From Squalus acanthias (Eukaryota): a stretch of DNA of 64,000 nt. The position numbers and the translations under genes were made by a program. The notes under the pieces were generated by a model, which was not told where the DNA came from, did not search any database, and saw only the letters and a program-made list of their open reading frames with translations. The number at the start of each line of letters is the position of its first letter. The stretch's first letter is position 1. The stretch is taken from assembly GCA_030390025.1 (NCBI GenBank), contig CM059431.1:141610001-141674000 (forward strand), given 5' to 3'. Shown piece after piece: positions 25,972 through 38,189 of this stretch.

Positions 25972-26468
25972 GGGGTGTAATATTGGCCTTGGGTGGGAAT
26001 AACAATCAGCTGGTATCGCATGGGTCGCCTGATATATGTTCCGCCCGATATTCAGTCCCATTGCCTTCAATGGTGGTATCGCATGGGTCGCCTGATATAT
26101 GTTCCGCCCGATATTCAGTCCCATTGCCTTCAATGGTGGTATCGCATGGGTCGCCTGATATATGTTCAGCCCGATATTCAGTCCCATTGCCTTCAATGGT
26201 GATGTCGCATGGGTCGCCTGATATATGTTCCGCCCGATATTCAGTCCCATTGCCTTCAATGGTGGTATCGTATGGGTCGCCTGATATATGTTCAGCCCGA
26301 TATTCAGTCCCATTGCCTTCAATGGTGGTATCGCATGGGTCGCCTGATATATGTTCCGCCCGATTTTCAGTCCGTGAGGCATCAAATGAAAATCACACGG
26401 TTCCTATAACAGTCCGGAAATGGGATTCCACCTGCTTTGCTTCACCTCACATGTCCTATTTCACCCCC
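25972..26468. mobile_element. Short MITE whose core is amplified into a 63-bp tandem array
   Basis: TIR GGGGTGTAATA / TATTTCACCCC; absent from the paralogous position in the other duplication arm (~16120-16140). Confidence 0.65.
26011..26373. repeat. 63-bp minisatellite, ~5.8 copies
   Basis: Unit TGGTATCGCATGGGTCGCCTGATATATGTTCCGCCCGATATTCAGTCCCATTGCCTTCAATGG. Confidence 0.95.
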
Positions 26469-28226
26469 GAAGCGTCTCTCCTCTGATAGGACAAAGGGTA
26501 ATTTCCAGACTCACATTGCAGGTCAGTAATTCCGGCCATGTTTCGTTCAAATACCTGTTGTTCTCCTCTGAATTGAAATGCTTAGAACAGGTCCAGATAA
26601 AATGAAGGGATTGGACTCATGCTGTGAGATGCGATTGACCCAAAGAATGCACAGAAGGTACGACATAAAAGCAGGCCAATAGAGTCCGAATTACAATACC
26701 AGTGAACATGTCCCAAACCGGCCCCGAACGCGAGCCAATCTAATTTCCGTTAGCTCCGGTAGTATTACCCATGTGTCCCTAAAGACTCTCGGCTCTAAAA
26801 CAGGAGGCAGAGTCCCGTTGGGTGATCGATAATCTCAAGTAAGTTATGCTGACTTCATATTGAAAATCTGACGGGGCCGTATAAAAGCCTTTTCGATATC
26901 GTCCGATTTTGCTCAAAGTTAAAATATATATAAAAATGTGATAAGTTTATCTGCATAAATAGTACAGCATTTTCTCGGATTGTTGCATATCTTCAGCCTG
27001 AAAGTTTCAGTGACGGTCATGTTTTAAATGTAATCCAACCATTACCCTGTGTAATGATAAGAATTTTCTGTGCTAACATTTATATATAGAAATTCCAAGC
27101 TGTGGTTGAATCCTTCACAACCGGCTGTTTACTGAATATAAGTACAGAGTTTGTAACAAGGTCCTTTTTTAAAAATTCTCTTTTCGGTAATTTGTCCGAT
27201 TTGAGGTTAAACGCCATCAGTGAGTCGTGAGGACGACAGGCCTGTTTTATTGTGTTGTAACTTCTATACGTTTCTATTTCTATACATTGTTTTTAGATGA
27301 TTGTTGTTTGGAACGTCAGAAGTAAATTAAAATGCCTGCTCAAGGTAATGTTGCATTTTTAAATTAGAAGAGAGTGAAGCTATTTGCACCAAAATCTCTC
27401 TCTCTCCGGCAAATAGAAGGATCTTATCCCGTCAGTTTATTTGTAACATCTGATTATTCAATTTCTACTTCACACAAAGTAGAATTAAAACAATTGCCTT
27501 AACTTGTATATGTTCAACCGAATTAAAACACTATTTTTTACATTGATGCAATTATGTTAATTTTTATTTAAATGGACAGTGTAACCTCATACATTAATAA
27601 TATTAAGTTTTGAAAAGTGTTTTATTATTATAATGATAGACAACAGAATGTAACTTAAGTGGGACGATTTAAACTCAGCTCTATTGGAAGATTAACCTAA
27701 ATGTGCCCCGGGAAACATTATTTTGGTTGATAATTGCAGCGAAATCTTCTTCAAAAACAAGACGCTAGCGATTTCAGGACGAATATCAGACAGCAAAAAA
27801 AAAACGAAGGCAGCAACAATATGCTGATCGATTGGGGCCCAAATCATCCCTGAGTCTGAATTTCAAGACTGGGGAACAAAGATTTCTTCAGAGGTTTCTT
27901 TTTTTCTGCTTTTATGAACTAACATGTTAAAATCCTCAACACGCGAATTGTGAAAACGAAGCACTTGTCCAGATTGAAAGAAAATAACTTTATGAACACA
28001 TCAAAAAATCATCACATTTATAAGTACAATTGAAATTAATTGAATTCGAAATAAACAATTGTAGATTCGGTGCCAGTTTGGTTAAAGCGTCACAAATTGC
28101 CAGTGTCAGGCTGTAATATCATAAAGAGTATTGTTTAATCATTATTAAGCGATATGTTGGCATATTAATGTGTGAAGCACTTCCTTATCTTCACTAAGTG
28201 TTTATTATCCGGTCTTTACTTGGAAC

Positions 28227-29892
28227 ATGGAGACTTCACTGAGCACTGAAGGAGGAGTCATCAGTGTCCATATTAACCCGCAATCCGGTTCAAGGAAAGT
28301 CCCAGTGAGACGGGGAGGCTCCCAGACCAGAAGAGTAACCGGTCCCGGAAATCAGGTGGGAACTCCGAAAGCACTGGGTGTAAAATTAAATCATTTCTAT
28401 TATTCTTTTACTCCTTCTCAAGTGGATCACAATTTCAATTGGCAATGGTCTAATTTCAAGACGTCTTGAAAAAATTGGGTCCAGTGACAAGCGAATGGGA
28501 CATCATTAATTAGCTGATCAAGATTCATTCCCGTCTCTATTCCTAGCGAAATTAGTGAATTTAAGGGGAAGCTAGATAAGCACATGCCCGAGAAAGGAAT
28601 AGAAGGATATGGTAATAAGATGAGCTGAAGAGGGGCGGGTGGAGGTTGATGTGGGGTATAAATGCGGGCTAGACCAGTTGTGCAGAATAGTCTATTTCTG
28701 TGTTCTAAACGCTCTGCAATTACATTTAATATAAATTATGAACACCTTCATTAAGATCGGATGTACGATTTCGCTTGGAATACTAACCCGGGAATATGGC
28801 TGCATTGGAAGTGAGTCGCGGGATATGGGCGTCACTGGAAAGGCTGGAATTTATTGTCCATCCCTAGTTGCCCTTGAGAAGATGGTGGTGGACCATCTTT
28901 TGGAACCGCTGCATTCCGTGTGATGACGGTATTCCAACAGTGCTGTTAGGGAGGGAGTTCCAGGATATTGACGCAGCGGCTTTGAAGGAACAGCGATATA
29001 TATCCAAGTTGAGATGGTATGTGACTTGGGGGTGATGCTGTTACCATTTACCTACTGCTCTTGTCCTTTTGTGGTGATCACGGTGTGCAGCTGAAGAAGC
29101 CTCGATGAGCTACTGCAGTTCAACCTGTAGATGGTACACACTGCAGCCATGGTGCGCCGCTGGTGGAGCGAGTTGATGCTTAAAGTCATACGTGGTTTTC
29201 CAACGATCACACTCACTTTTCTAGGAATTTTATTTGTCTCGATCCTTGATTACTCTCTTTCCCACCTCCTCTCCCTCTCTTGCACGTGCACATTTACATG
29301 TTGGTTGATTTTATATAGTTTGCGTTTATTTTGCATAGTACGATATTTGTTCTCTTTTAGGTCACTCTGATTATTTTGGTAATGTTTTATAATTTTCTGG
29401 ACGCCTATAATTCTGAACTGCATTTATATAGCGCCTTTTCACGACCAACGGACGTCTCAAAGCGCTTAACAGCCAATGAAATACTTTTTGGCGTACAGTC
29501 TCTGTTGTAATGTGGGATACGCGACAGCAATGTGATAATGACCAGATAACCTGATTTTGCTATGTTGGTTGAGGGATAAATATTGACCAGGACACCGGGT
29601 CTAACTCCCCTGCTCTTCTTCGAAATAGTGCCATGGGATCTTTTACGTCTACTTGAGAGAGCAGACGGGGTTTCGGTTTAAAGTCTCTTCCGAAAGACAG
29701 CACCTCTTCAAGTGCAGCATTCCACAGGATTGTCAGCCTAGATTTAAGTGCTCAAGTCCCATGGAGTGGGACTATGAACCCACAGCCTTCTGACTCAGAG
29801 GCAAGTGTGCTACCCACTGAGCCACAGCTGACACACCGTGTCCGATATCGGTGGCAGGAGAACACAGAACACACTGGTGGAACAGTCTGTCT
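28227..29892 (+). pseudogene. MS4A-like pseudogene (inverted paralogue; exons 1-2 only)
   Basis: Exon 1 28227-28379 (METSLS...GTPKALG|gtaaaa) aligns with exon 1 of the intact gene. Exon 2 starts at 29361, has an indel frameshift, is split by a SINE (~29416-29834) and ends ...VAGEHRTHWWNSLS|gtgagt at 29892. Homology stops ~30150, and I found no exons 3-6. Confidence 0.85.
29416..29834 (-). mobile_element. tRNA-derived Deu-domain SINE (SacSINE1-like) inside pseudogene exon 2
   Basis: Head GTGTCAGCTGTGGCTCAGTGGGTAGCAC, Deu-like core AAAAGATCCCATGGCACTATTTCGAAGAAGAGCAGG, tail AAAGGCGCTATATAAATGCA. Confidence 0.85.
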
Positions 29893-30239
29893 GTGAGTGT
29901 CCATCCAATGTCCTTAGCAAAACATGTTTGAAGGAATTTTGCTCTTCTTAAATTGAATTGTTGAGAGGATGCACTTTTTTGGACGGGTAGCTTCGTATAT
30001 TACTCTGATTGACTTTATTTCATCGGAGCAGTAAACTCTATTATAAAACGATTAACACTCCCGTTAAAATAGCCAACAGATGGAATGTCAGTAGAGCGGG
30101 AATTGCGATGCTAAAGTCAGAAACCATGGCAGAGAAATTGCGGTCGAAGCCGTAACCCCGGAATATGCTTCCGACCCAAGAAACATTTCAGAATTTCCCT
30201 CAATGCCTCCTGACTGCGGAGAGTTGCGGTTTCAGGCCT

Positions 30240-30998
30240 CCAAATGTCTGAGGCTAATCCAGACGGTTTGTAACACTGGTGTCATATTTGACACCGAGAT
30301 GAGCTTCCGAACACATAACCGCATCATCACTAAGACCGCCTATTTCCACCTCTGGAACGTCACCCGACCACGCCCCTGTCTCAGCTCATCTCCGGCTGAA
30401 ACTCTCATCCAAGCCCTTCTTACCTCTAGACTTGTCTATTCCAACGCACTCCTGGCCGGTCTCACACGTTCTACTTTCCGTTAACTTGAGGTCATCCAAA
30501 ACGCTGCTGCCCGTCTCCTAATTCGCACAAAGCCCTGTTTACACATTATCCCTGAGCTCTCTGACCATCATTGAATCCCGGTTAAGAAACGCCTCGATTT
30601 TAAAATTCTCATTCTTGTTCTCAAATGGGTACATGGTCGATCCCCTCCCTATCTCTGTGATCTCCTCAAGCCCCACAACCCCCGAGATATCTGCACTACT
30701 CCAATTCCGGCTTCTTGAGCTTCGCTGATGTTAATCTCTCAAACATTGGCGGCCGTGCCTTCAGCTGCTAAGTCCCTGAGCGCTGGAATTCCCTCCCTAA
30801 ACCTCTTCTCCTCTCTACTTCTCTTTCGTCCTTTAAGACGCTCGTTAAAACCTGCCTCTTTGATCAAGATTTTGGTTATCTGAACTAATATCTCCCTTTG
30901 TGAACTGTTGTTAATTCTTGTTGGATAACGCTCCTGCGAAGCGCGTTGGGAAGTTTTACTACATTAAAGACACTATAAAAATCAAGTTGTTGTTGTTG
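30240..30998 (+). mobile_element. L2-clade LINE 3' fragment
   Basis: ORF 30203..30484 (AETLIQALLTSRLVYSNALLAGL); (TTG)n tail. Confidence 0.85.
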
Positions 30999-31009
30999 TA
31001 AAGTGTTAG

Positions 31010-32835
31010 GTTACCACTAGTACCGTAGATTCACCTTCATCGCTGGTGTAAGTGTAGGAAACCACGAGTACAGGACGAGCTCGTTAACACTAGTGTAAGT
31101 GCAGGGGTAACACTCATACCGGGGAAGCAGGTACACTTCTAGTGAATGTTTAGGGTACCACAGGTACTGAAGGAGCACGGTCACTACTAATGTAAATGTA
31201 GGAGTATCACTAGTACCGAAGAGCACTGCTATATCTAGTTTAATTTTAGGGGTACCACTAATACAAGAGTAACATGCTGACACCTAGTGTAAGTTTAACG
31301 GTACTACTTGAACCGGAGGAGCCCGGTTACCTCTCGTGTAAGTGTAAGGGCACCACTGGTGTAGGAGGAGCACGCTCAACACTAGTGTTAGTGTAGGGGT
31401 TCAAACTAGTGTAGGAGGAGCACGCTCAACACTAGTGTTAGTGTAGGGGTACAACTAGTGTAGGAGGAGCACGCTCAACATTAGTGTTAGGTTAGGGGTA
31501 CCACGAGTGAAGGAGGAGCACGGTCACCACGAGTATAATTTTATTGATACGATAATTTATGGAGCACCATGCACCAATCTAGTGTAAATGTAGGGTTATC
31601 TCTAGTGAAATTGTAGAGTACCACTACTACCAGTTGAGAACTGTGACCTCTAGAGTCAGTGTAGTGGTACCACTAGTACAGGAGGATCCCGCTCACTGTA
31701 AGTGTAATGTAGGCATGCCACTAGTACGGGAGGTGAATGCTCATCTCTCGTATAAGTGATTGTACAACAAGTACCAGAGGAGCAAGATCACATATAGTGT
31801 CAATGTCGGTTACCTGAGGAGCACGGTCACATAAATTGCAAGTGGCACATTTTTAGCAACACGTTCACATCAAGTGTATGTTTTGGGGACCACATGTACG
31901 GGAGGAGCACTCTCAATCCTAATGTAAATGTAGGGGTTCCACTGGTGCCAGAGGAGCACGGCCACCTCTAGTATAATTTCAGTGTTACCAATAGTACCGG
32001 AGGAGCCCAGTCACCTTTAGTGCAAGTGTAAGGTTCCCATAATACCGGAGATACACAGTCACATCTAGTGTAAGTGTAGGGGTTCCCCTAGTACCGGAAG
32101 ACAACGTTCACCATTGGTGTAACTTTTTTGAGACCACTTTTACCGGAGCCGCTTGCACAAACCTAGTGTAAGTGTAGGGGTAACACTGGGACAGGAGGGA
32201 CACGGTCACATCTAGTGTAAGTGTAGGGGTAACACTGGGGCAGGAGGGACACGGTCACATCTAGTGTCAGAGTTGGGGTAACACAGGGACAGGAGGGACA
32301 CGGTCACATCTAGTGTCAGTGTAGGGGTAGCATTGGGACAGGAGGGGCACGGTCACATCTAGTGTCAGTGTAGGGGTAACACTGGGACAAGAGGGGCACG
32401 GTCACATCTAGTGTAAGTGTAGGGGTAACACTGGGGCAGGAGGGACACGGTCACATCAAGTGTAAGTGTAGGTGTAACACTGGGACAGGAGGGACACGGT
32501 CACATCTAGTGTCAGAGTAGGGGTAACACTGGGACAGGAGGGACACGGTCACATCGAGTATCATTGTAGGGGTACCACTGAACAGGAGGAGCACACAAAC
32601 ATCCAATATATGAGGGGGGTTTTCGCTAGTACTGGAGGAGCTCTGTCAATAGTATTGTTAGTTTAGTGCTACCACTATTACCATAGCAGCACGTTCAGCT
32701 CTAGTAATTTACTAGTACCTGGGGAGCACGGACACATCTATCGTAAGTGTACGGTGCCAGTATTACAGGAGGAGCAATGTCAGCTCTAATCTAAATGTAG
32801 GGTACCATTAGTACAGGAGGAGCACTGTCACCGCT
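31010..32835. repeat. ~49-50-bp satellite, degenerate with a homogenised core (32163-32580)
   Basis: Core unit CTAGTGTAAGTGTAGGGGTAACACTGGGACAGGAGGGACACGGTCACAT (49 bp). Confidence 0.92.
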
Positions 32836-33186
32836 AATGTTGCCAGACTGGGTTCATCACCAGTATTGCAGGATTTGTTCTACCACCTGTTCCTGAGGAG
32901 TTGGTGCACTAATCAATGGCAGGGTCATGACGAATATTGCCTGGACAGCTGCATTCACCAGGCCTGTCGGACTAAGATCAGCACCAGTACTGGGAGATTG
33001 CAATTCCTACTCGTAAATAAGGTTTTAATCGTGTATTTTTTTTAATTGTGCAATAACAATTTCACATATTTCTCTTAATCTGATTTATCAGATAAAAAAC
33101 AACTTACCTGTGTTTATTTGTTCAATGACTGTTAATAATGCTAATTATGATATAACCTGATTGACTCGCTGGCGGATTGTTGTGTA

Positions 33187-33196
33187 GATAAATATA
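33187..33196 (+). promoter_or_regulatory. TATA-like element upstream of the GPCR
   Basis: GATAAATATA about 80 nt upstream of ATG 33274. Confidence 0.35.
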
Positions 33197-33273
33197 GGTT
33201 CCCTTCCATTGCCTCAGCCGTGCGCCAGTCAGAGACTTTCATCTCCGACAGAATTCATCCATTCTCACAGAAA

Positions 33274-34639
33274 ATGGGGCAATCAACTATTCTGCTGATC
33301 AAAGAGATTTACTACCCGATTCTCGCGGCCGTCTGTGTCCCTGGTGAGCCATTTTATCTTGTTTGTTGTTAATCGGTGTTAATTGTATTCATGTACATAC
33401 AACCTGCTTTGATAATGTAACGAGCTTTCCAGATGTCAGCATTACACTTAATCCGATAACCTTACTATTTTTACAATGTTCTTCGAAGCTCCAACACAAG
33501 GATTTTCGCGGATTTCCGAAACCGTCTTGTTCCCAAGTGCAGAGTGAGCGCTGCAGCAGCTCATTAAAGTGTGTTGGTGGGTTTTCCAGGTAATGGCTCC
33601 AATACTAATCCTGTTCACACACTGCTCCGTGTGGATAATCACACTGAATGGAGTAAAATGCTCTCTGCAGGCATCTCCATATATATTTCACTGAGACACT
33701 GGAATATTATTTCTCTCCTCTCTCTTTCTTCCAGCGAATTTGGTGACAATTGTGATTCTCTCCCGAGGAAACTGCGGCCTTTCCAAGTGTATTTCTGTCT
33801 ACATGGTGGCCATGGCAACAGCAAATCTACTGGTCGTGATGTTCAATGTAATATTGTATCATATTTTCAATTATCGCTTTCCACTTTCATTCCTGTACCA
33901 CACTCCCGTGTGTAAGTTCATTCTATACATGACTGCTGTCACCCTCGATTTGTCTGTTTGGTTCACCGTCTCCTTCAGATTTGATCGATTTGTAGTTATC
34001 TGCTGCCAGAAGTTTAAAGCAAAGTATTGCACCGAGAGAACTTCGGCCGCGGTTAAAACAGCGTTCACGGTCCTAATCTTTTTAAAGAACATCCCTGATT
34101 TTTTTGCCTTTCAACCTGAACAATTAATTAACAAGGAGCAGTGGGGCTGCCGGAAAAGTGTGACTTTTGTTTCCTCACCTCCAGGTGTTGCCTACATCTG
34201 GTTTCACAGCGCCTGGGGCGTTTGGCTTCCTTTTACTTTAATTGCCTTTTTTAATTATTTGACAGTCAGTCTTATTTTAGTGGCCAGCAGAGCCCGCAGG
34301 GGTCTCCGGGGTCACAGAAGTGAAAATCAGAGCGATATAGAGATGGAGAGCCGAAGGAAATCCATCATTTTACTCTTCACTTTATCGGGCAGTTTTATAT
34401 TGTTGTGGCTGACAACTGCCGTGAGTATGGTAACTACCAGACTGACAAACCCCACCTATTATCGAGGTGACCGCACAGACCCTGGATATATCGCCACTGA
34501 AACCGGAACAATGTTGAAGTTTTTGAGTTGCTTTCAAAACTCGTGTATTTATGTAGCGACCCAAAGGAAATTCAGAGAAGAGCTGAAGAAGGTGCTTAAA
34601 TCCCCCTGGGCACTCATTCAGAGAATAGTTAGAAAATGA
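33274..34639 (+). CDS. Class A GPCR, GPR139/GPR142-like; two exons, 324 aa
   Basis: Exon 1 33274-33343 (MGQSTILLIKEIYYPILAAVCVP, G|gtgag); intron 33344-33734 (ctttcttccag); exon 2 33735-34639. 975 nt open frame with 7 hydrophobic segments, DRF in TM3, NSCIY in TM7 and FREEL helix 8. Confidence 0.92.
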
Positions 34640-35599
34640 GAATTAAAGATTCAATCAAACGGAAGCTCCCTCGTCACTAAATCTCCATTTCAACTCCTTT
34701 TTCACCGTAGAACGTCCTTCTTTCTGGTAATGTGATGAGAAATTGTGTGAACATTTCTCCATTTTGAAGCATGTGTTTGATGTCTGCAATGCTTAATCTT
34801 TCATGCTTCTTTCGTTGAGTAAACATATCCTATTCCTGCAAATTTAGCACATTTCAAGTTCAGGGATCAAAGATAACAATGATGAGATTCAGCAGTGGAG
34901 TCGGACATGTGAGCAACAGAGGAATCCACCTTACACTGCAGATACTGGGATCGGGCGCGGCCACTTTAAAATCATCAATAAGTTTCATTCGGTGCAGAAA
35001 CAATCAAAGGTCATGCGGTCGCCGATATTGGCAACTTTCCTGGAGGTTTGGTGTGAATATTGCAGGCGCGGGTCTCTCTATCGGACTCCATTCCTCATTG
35101 ACAAATAGCGCGGGCTCTTGTCACGTGATCGGTGTTCGCATGGAGGAAGCAGTCCGAACTCGGCTCATCGATGTGACCTTTCACCTCTTTTGTCCCAGAT
35201 ACTGACTTAAAATTTCGATTGTCCACTAACTGATTTCTCTCACTCAGCACAAAGATGGAGTCTGCTCTTGTTTTCTGCTTTCGATAAAAATATCATGAGT
35301 AATATTGTTGATATTCTATCTCAATCAGTCTCCCAAACAAAGGTTTAAACGAATGTAAAATGAATGACTTTACATGAAGTTATTAATTATTACAATTGTT
35401 GCAAGTGATATGTTAAAAAAACTGCCAGAAATTCAGATAAAATACAACTAATATTAAGTCTTCGGTGTTTCGATGAGCATTGGCAGACGGTCAGAAAGGA
35501 TCTTTGGTCATTACCGTCTTATTATGCGGTTACACATTGTTCCAAATAATAATTGAAAAATACCAGCAACTTTGAATCAGTTAGAAATCGTTCACCGGT

Positions 35600-37200
35600 G
35601 ATCTCACCTGATTGTGGGAGAAACGCCAAGGAATGGGAGCAGGCTCTCAATGGGAAGGAGCTGAAGGGTGTGGATGGACAGCGAGAGATAGGGATCCAGA
35701 TATTCAATTCCGAGAAAGTTAATGAGCAAACCAACAGTAATTACAGTTTTATTGACAGGGACATTAATCACAAGAATAAACAAGTGATGATGAATCTTTA
35801 GAAAATACTGGTGAGGCCACCGTTGGAAGACCAGGTACAGCTTCGGTCCCTCATTGTGGAAAGGCCATTAAATCCACCGAGAGCGGGCAGTGTACATACA
35901 GCAGGATGATGCCATGGATCAGAATTTTACTGGTGATGAGGGTCAAGATATTGGGACTACTTACACTGGAGCAGCGAAAGATAACAGGAGAATTAATAGA
36001 GGTTTTAAAAATTATCAAAAGTTTCGTTAGAGTGAAGAGGGAGAGATTATTCCATCTAGTTGGGTAGCGAGCAATAAAGAGTGATCGAACTAAAATGGTC
36101 AAAAAGGGAATGAGCAGAGAGATTATCAGAAACTTCTTTATGCAAAGGGTGCTGGAGCACGGAATGTTTGGCCTCAGATAATAGTTAAGGGAAAGTTAGT
36201 TGAATATTTTAAAAATATAAAAAAAATTTTGTGGAGAGAGGAGGACAGTGCGGATAGTTTTTGATTGCTGTCTCAAAGAACCCAGTACAGATAGAATGGG
36301 TCAAATTACATACTCCCGCTCAGTACATTTCTGTGGTTTTATAGTGTTGCATAGGCTGCTATAATTTTAATTGTTTTTGTGTCTAAGATACCCTCAGCCC
36401 CATTGAGCTTCTATTGAACAAAATATTATAAATAAACTGAGACCAAGGAAGATCCCAGAGGTTCAGTAGTCACCCGTCCCTTACTGATCTCCATTTGTCG
36501 ATAAGCTACTTTCATTTTGTAATTAACTGTCTGTGCAGTGCCAGTTCTCCCACCCATCCCATAATTTCTCACCGTTTGTAGATGTGGAAGCTTGTTCGTT
36601 GCTTCATTAAAATCCGACTGCATTTCCCCTGCCCTACAGGCCATATATGTGTTTCAGAAACTCCAGCAGGTTAGTTAAAGATGACACATCGCTCCTCAAA
36701 CCAATATAATTCCCTTTTACATTACTGCCCTCCCAGGAGCTCGCTCACTAGATCTCTCCTGGCCTTATTTTAAACACTGGGATTATTTCAGCCGCTGTCG
36801 GATCCTCAGGAACCTTCTCTAATTGAGGAAACTTGCAGCAGTGTCAGTAAACCGTCATTCCTGTCAGTCCCCATTTCTTTATCTCGCGGTGTCTGTGCCC
36901 CTGGATTCCAAATGCCCATGTTATGTGGTTGAACACTGTAATTATATTTAAATAACGCCTTGATCGCTGTCTCTCGTACAAGCCTTTAATGATTCACATG
37001 TGATCTACATGATTTATTTTATTCACCAAGCTGCCTTTGCTGGTCCTTACGATCTACCTGATAGATTCTTGAATAATTAAATAACTTTTTCTTAATCCTT
37101 AATATTGCTCCCGACATAATGACGTGTACCCACGATGCCTCCTATTCTCTCTTAAACAGATAAATATAATTAAATTCCACACCCACTAGCTGCTTTTTAA
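35600..37200. mobile_element. Old CR1 fragments (+ 35600-36340; - ~36480-37200)
   Basis: Degenerate RT / C-terminal motifs (LVRPPLE, LLTLEQR). Confidence 0.6.
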
Positions 37201-37519
37201 CTACTTTCCGCTTGTCTAATCTAGTGTTCGGATCTCCTGGACCCGCACCAGTGCCGGAGTCTCACACGCGCACGGGTGGATTATTGGAAAATTATGGAAG
37301 CGCTTCCTCATTGGCTGAAGGTCACGGGCAATGTTCGAGACATAGAATCATAGAATCAGAAATCCCATAAGGAGACCATGCGGCCTATCATACCTCTCTC
37401 GGCTATTTGAAATAGGTATCCAATTAGTCCAACTCCACTGCTCTTTCCCCACAGCCCAGCAAGTCTTGCTTTTTCAAGTATATATCCAATTCCCTTTAAA
37501 AGTTACTATTTTTATAAAG

Positions 37520-37962
37520 ATGTCAGCAGTGGCTCTGTGGTAGCTCTCTCGCCTCTGCATCAGATGGTAGTGGCTTAAAATCCTGCTCCAGAGACTTGAG
37601 CACAAAATCTATGCTGACATCTCAATGCAGTAAATAGTGTATGCTGCATTGCCGGAGGTGCAGTCTTTCGGATGCAACGTCAAACCGAGACCCCTACTGC
37701 TCTGTCAGGAGAGCATAAAAGATCCCACAGCACTAGTTCAAAGAAGAGCAGAGGAGGTCGCCACAGAGACCTGGCCAATATTCATCCCTCAACCAACATC
37801 ACTAAAACAGATTATCTGGTCCTTTTCTCATTGCTGTTTGTGGGAGCTTGCTGTGCTCAAATTGGTTGTCCCGCTTCCTACATTACAACAGTAACTACAC
37901 TTGAAGGAGTACTTCATTGACAGTAAAGCGCTTTGGGACGTCTGTAGGTCGTGAAGGGAGCT
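37520..37962 (+). mobile_element. Deu-domain SINE
   Basis: Head tgtcagcagtggctctgtggtagc; core aaaagatcccacagcactagttcaaagaagagcag. Confidence 0.8.
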
Positions 37963-38189
37963 GTATTCTGCTTCGGGTACCCTTTCAGGCAATGCATTCC
38001 AGATCATAACAGCTCGCTATGTAAAAATAAATTCCCATCTCCTCGCTGGATCATTTGCCAATTACCTTATACTGTGGCCTTGATTACCAACGCTCCCGCC
38101 AATGGAAACAATGCTGCCTTATTTAGTCAAAGTCCCTCATAATTTTGAACAAATCCCCCTGATCTTTGCATGCTAAATGGAGAACTATC

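Larger units (their letters stand above)
10200..30150. repeat. Old inverted segmental duplication (left arm ~10200-22850, right arm ~25200-30150)
   Basis: Collinear reverse-complement blocks: 10220-10800/29190-30150, 13600-15180/27050-28550, 15440-15560/26940-27050, 15790-16120/26470-26865, 16140-16170/25920-25945, 22310-22830/25260-25700. Confidence 0.85.

Noticed and set aside
26011..26373. CRISPR array
   Set aside because: Contiguous tandem units with no unique spacers, no cas genes, and a vertebrate context. The same applies to the 49-, 33- and 26-bp arrays.
29780..29834. tRNA genes at SINE heads (also ~17152, ~37520)
   Set aside because: These are tRNA-derived SINE promoters continuous with Deu-SINE bodies.
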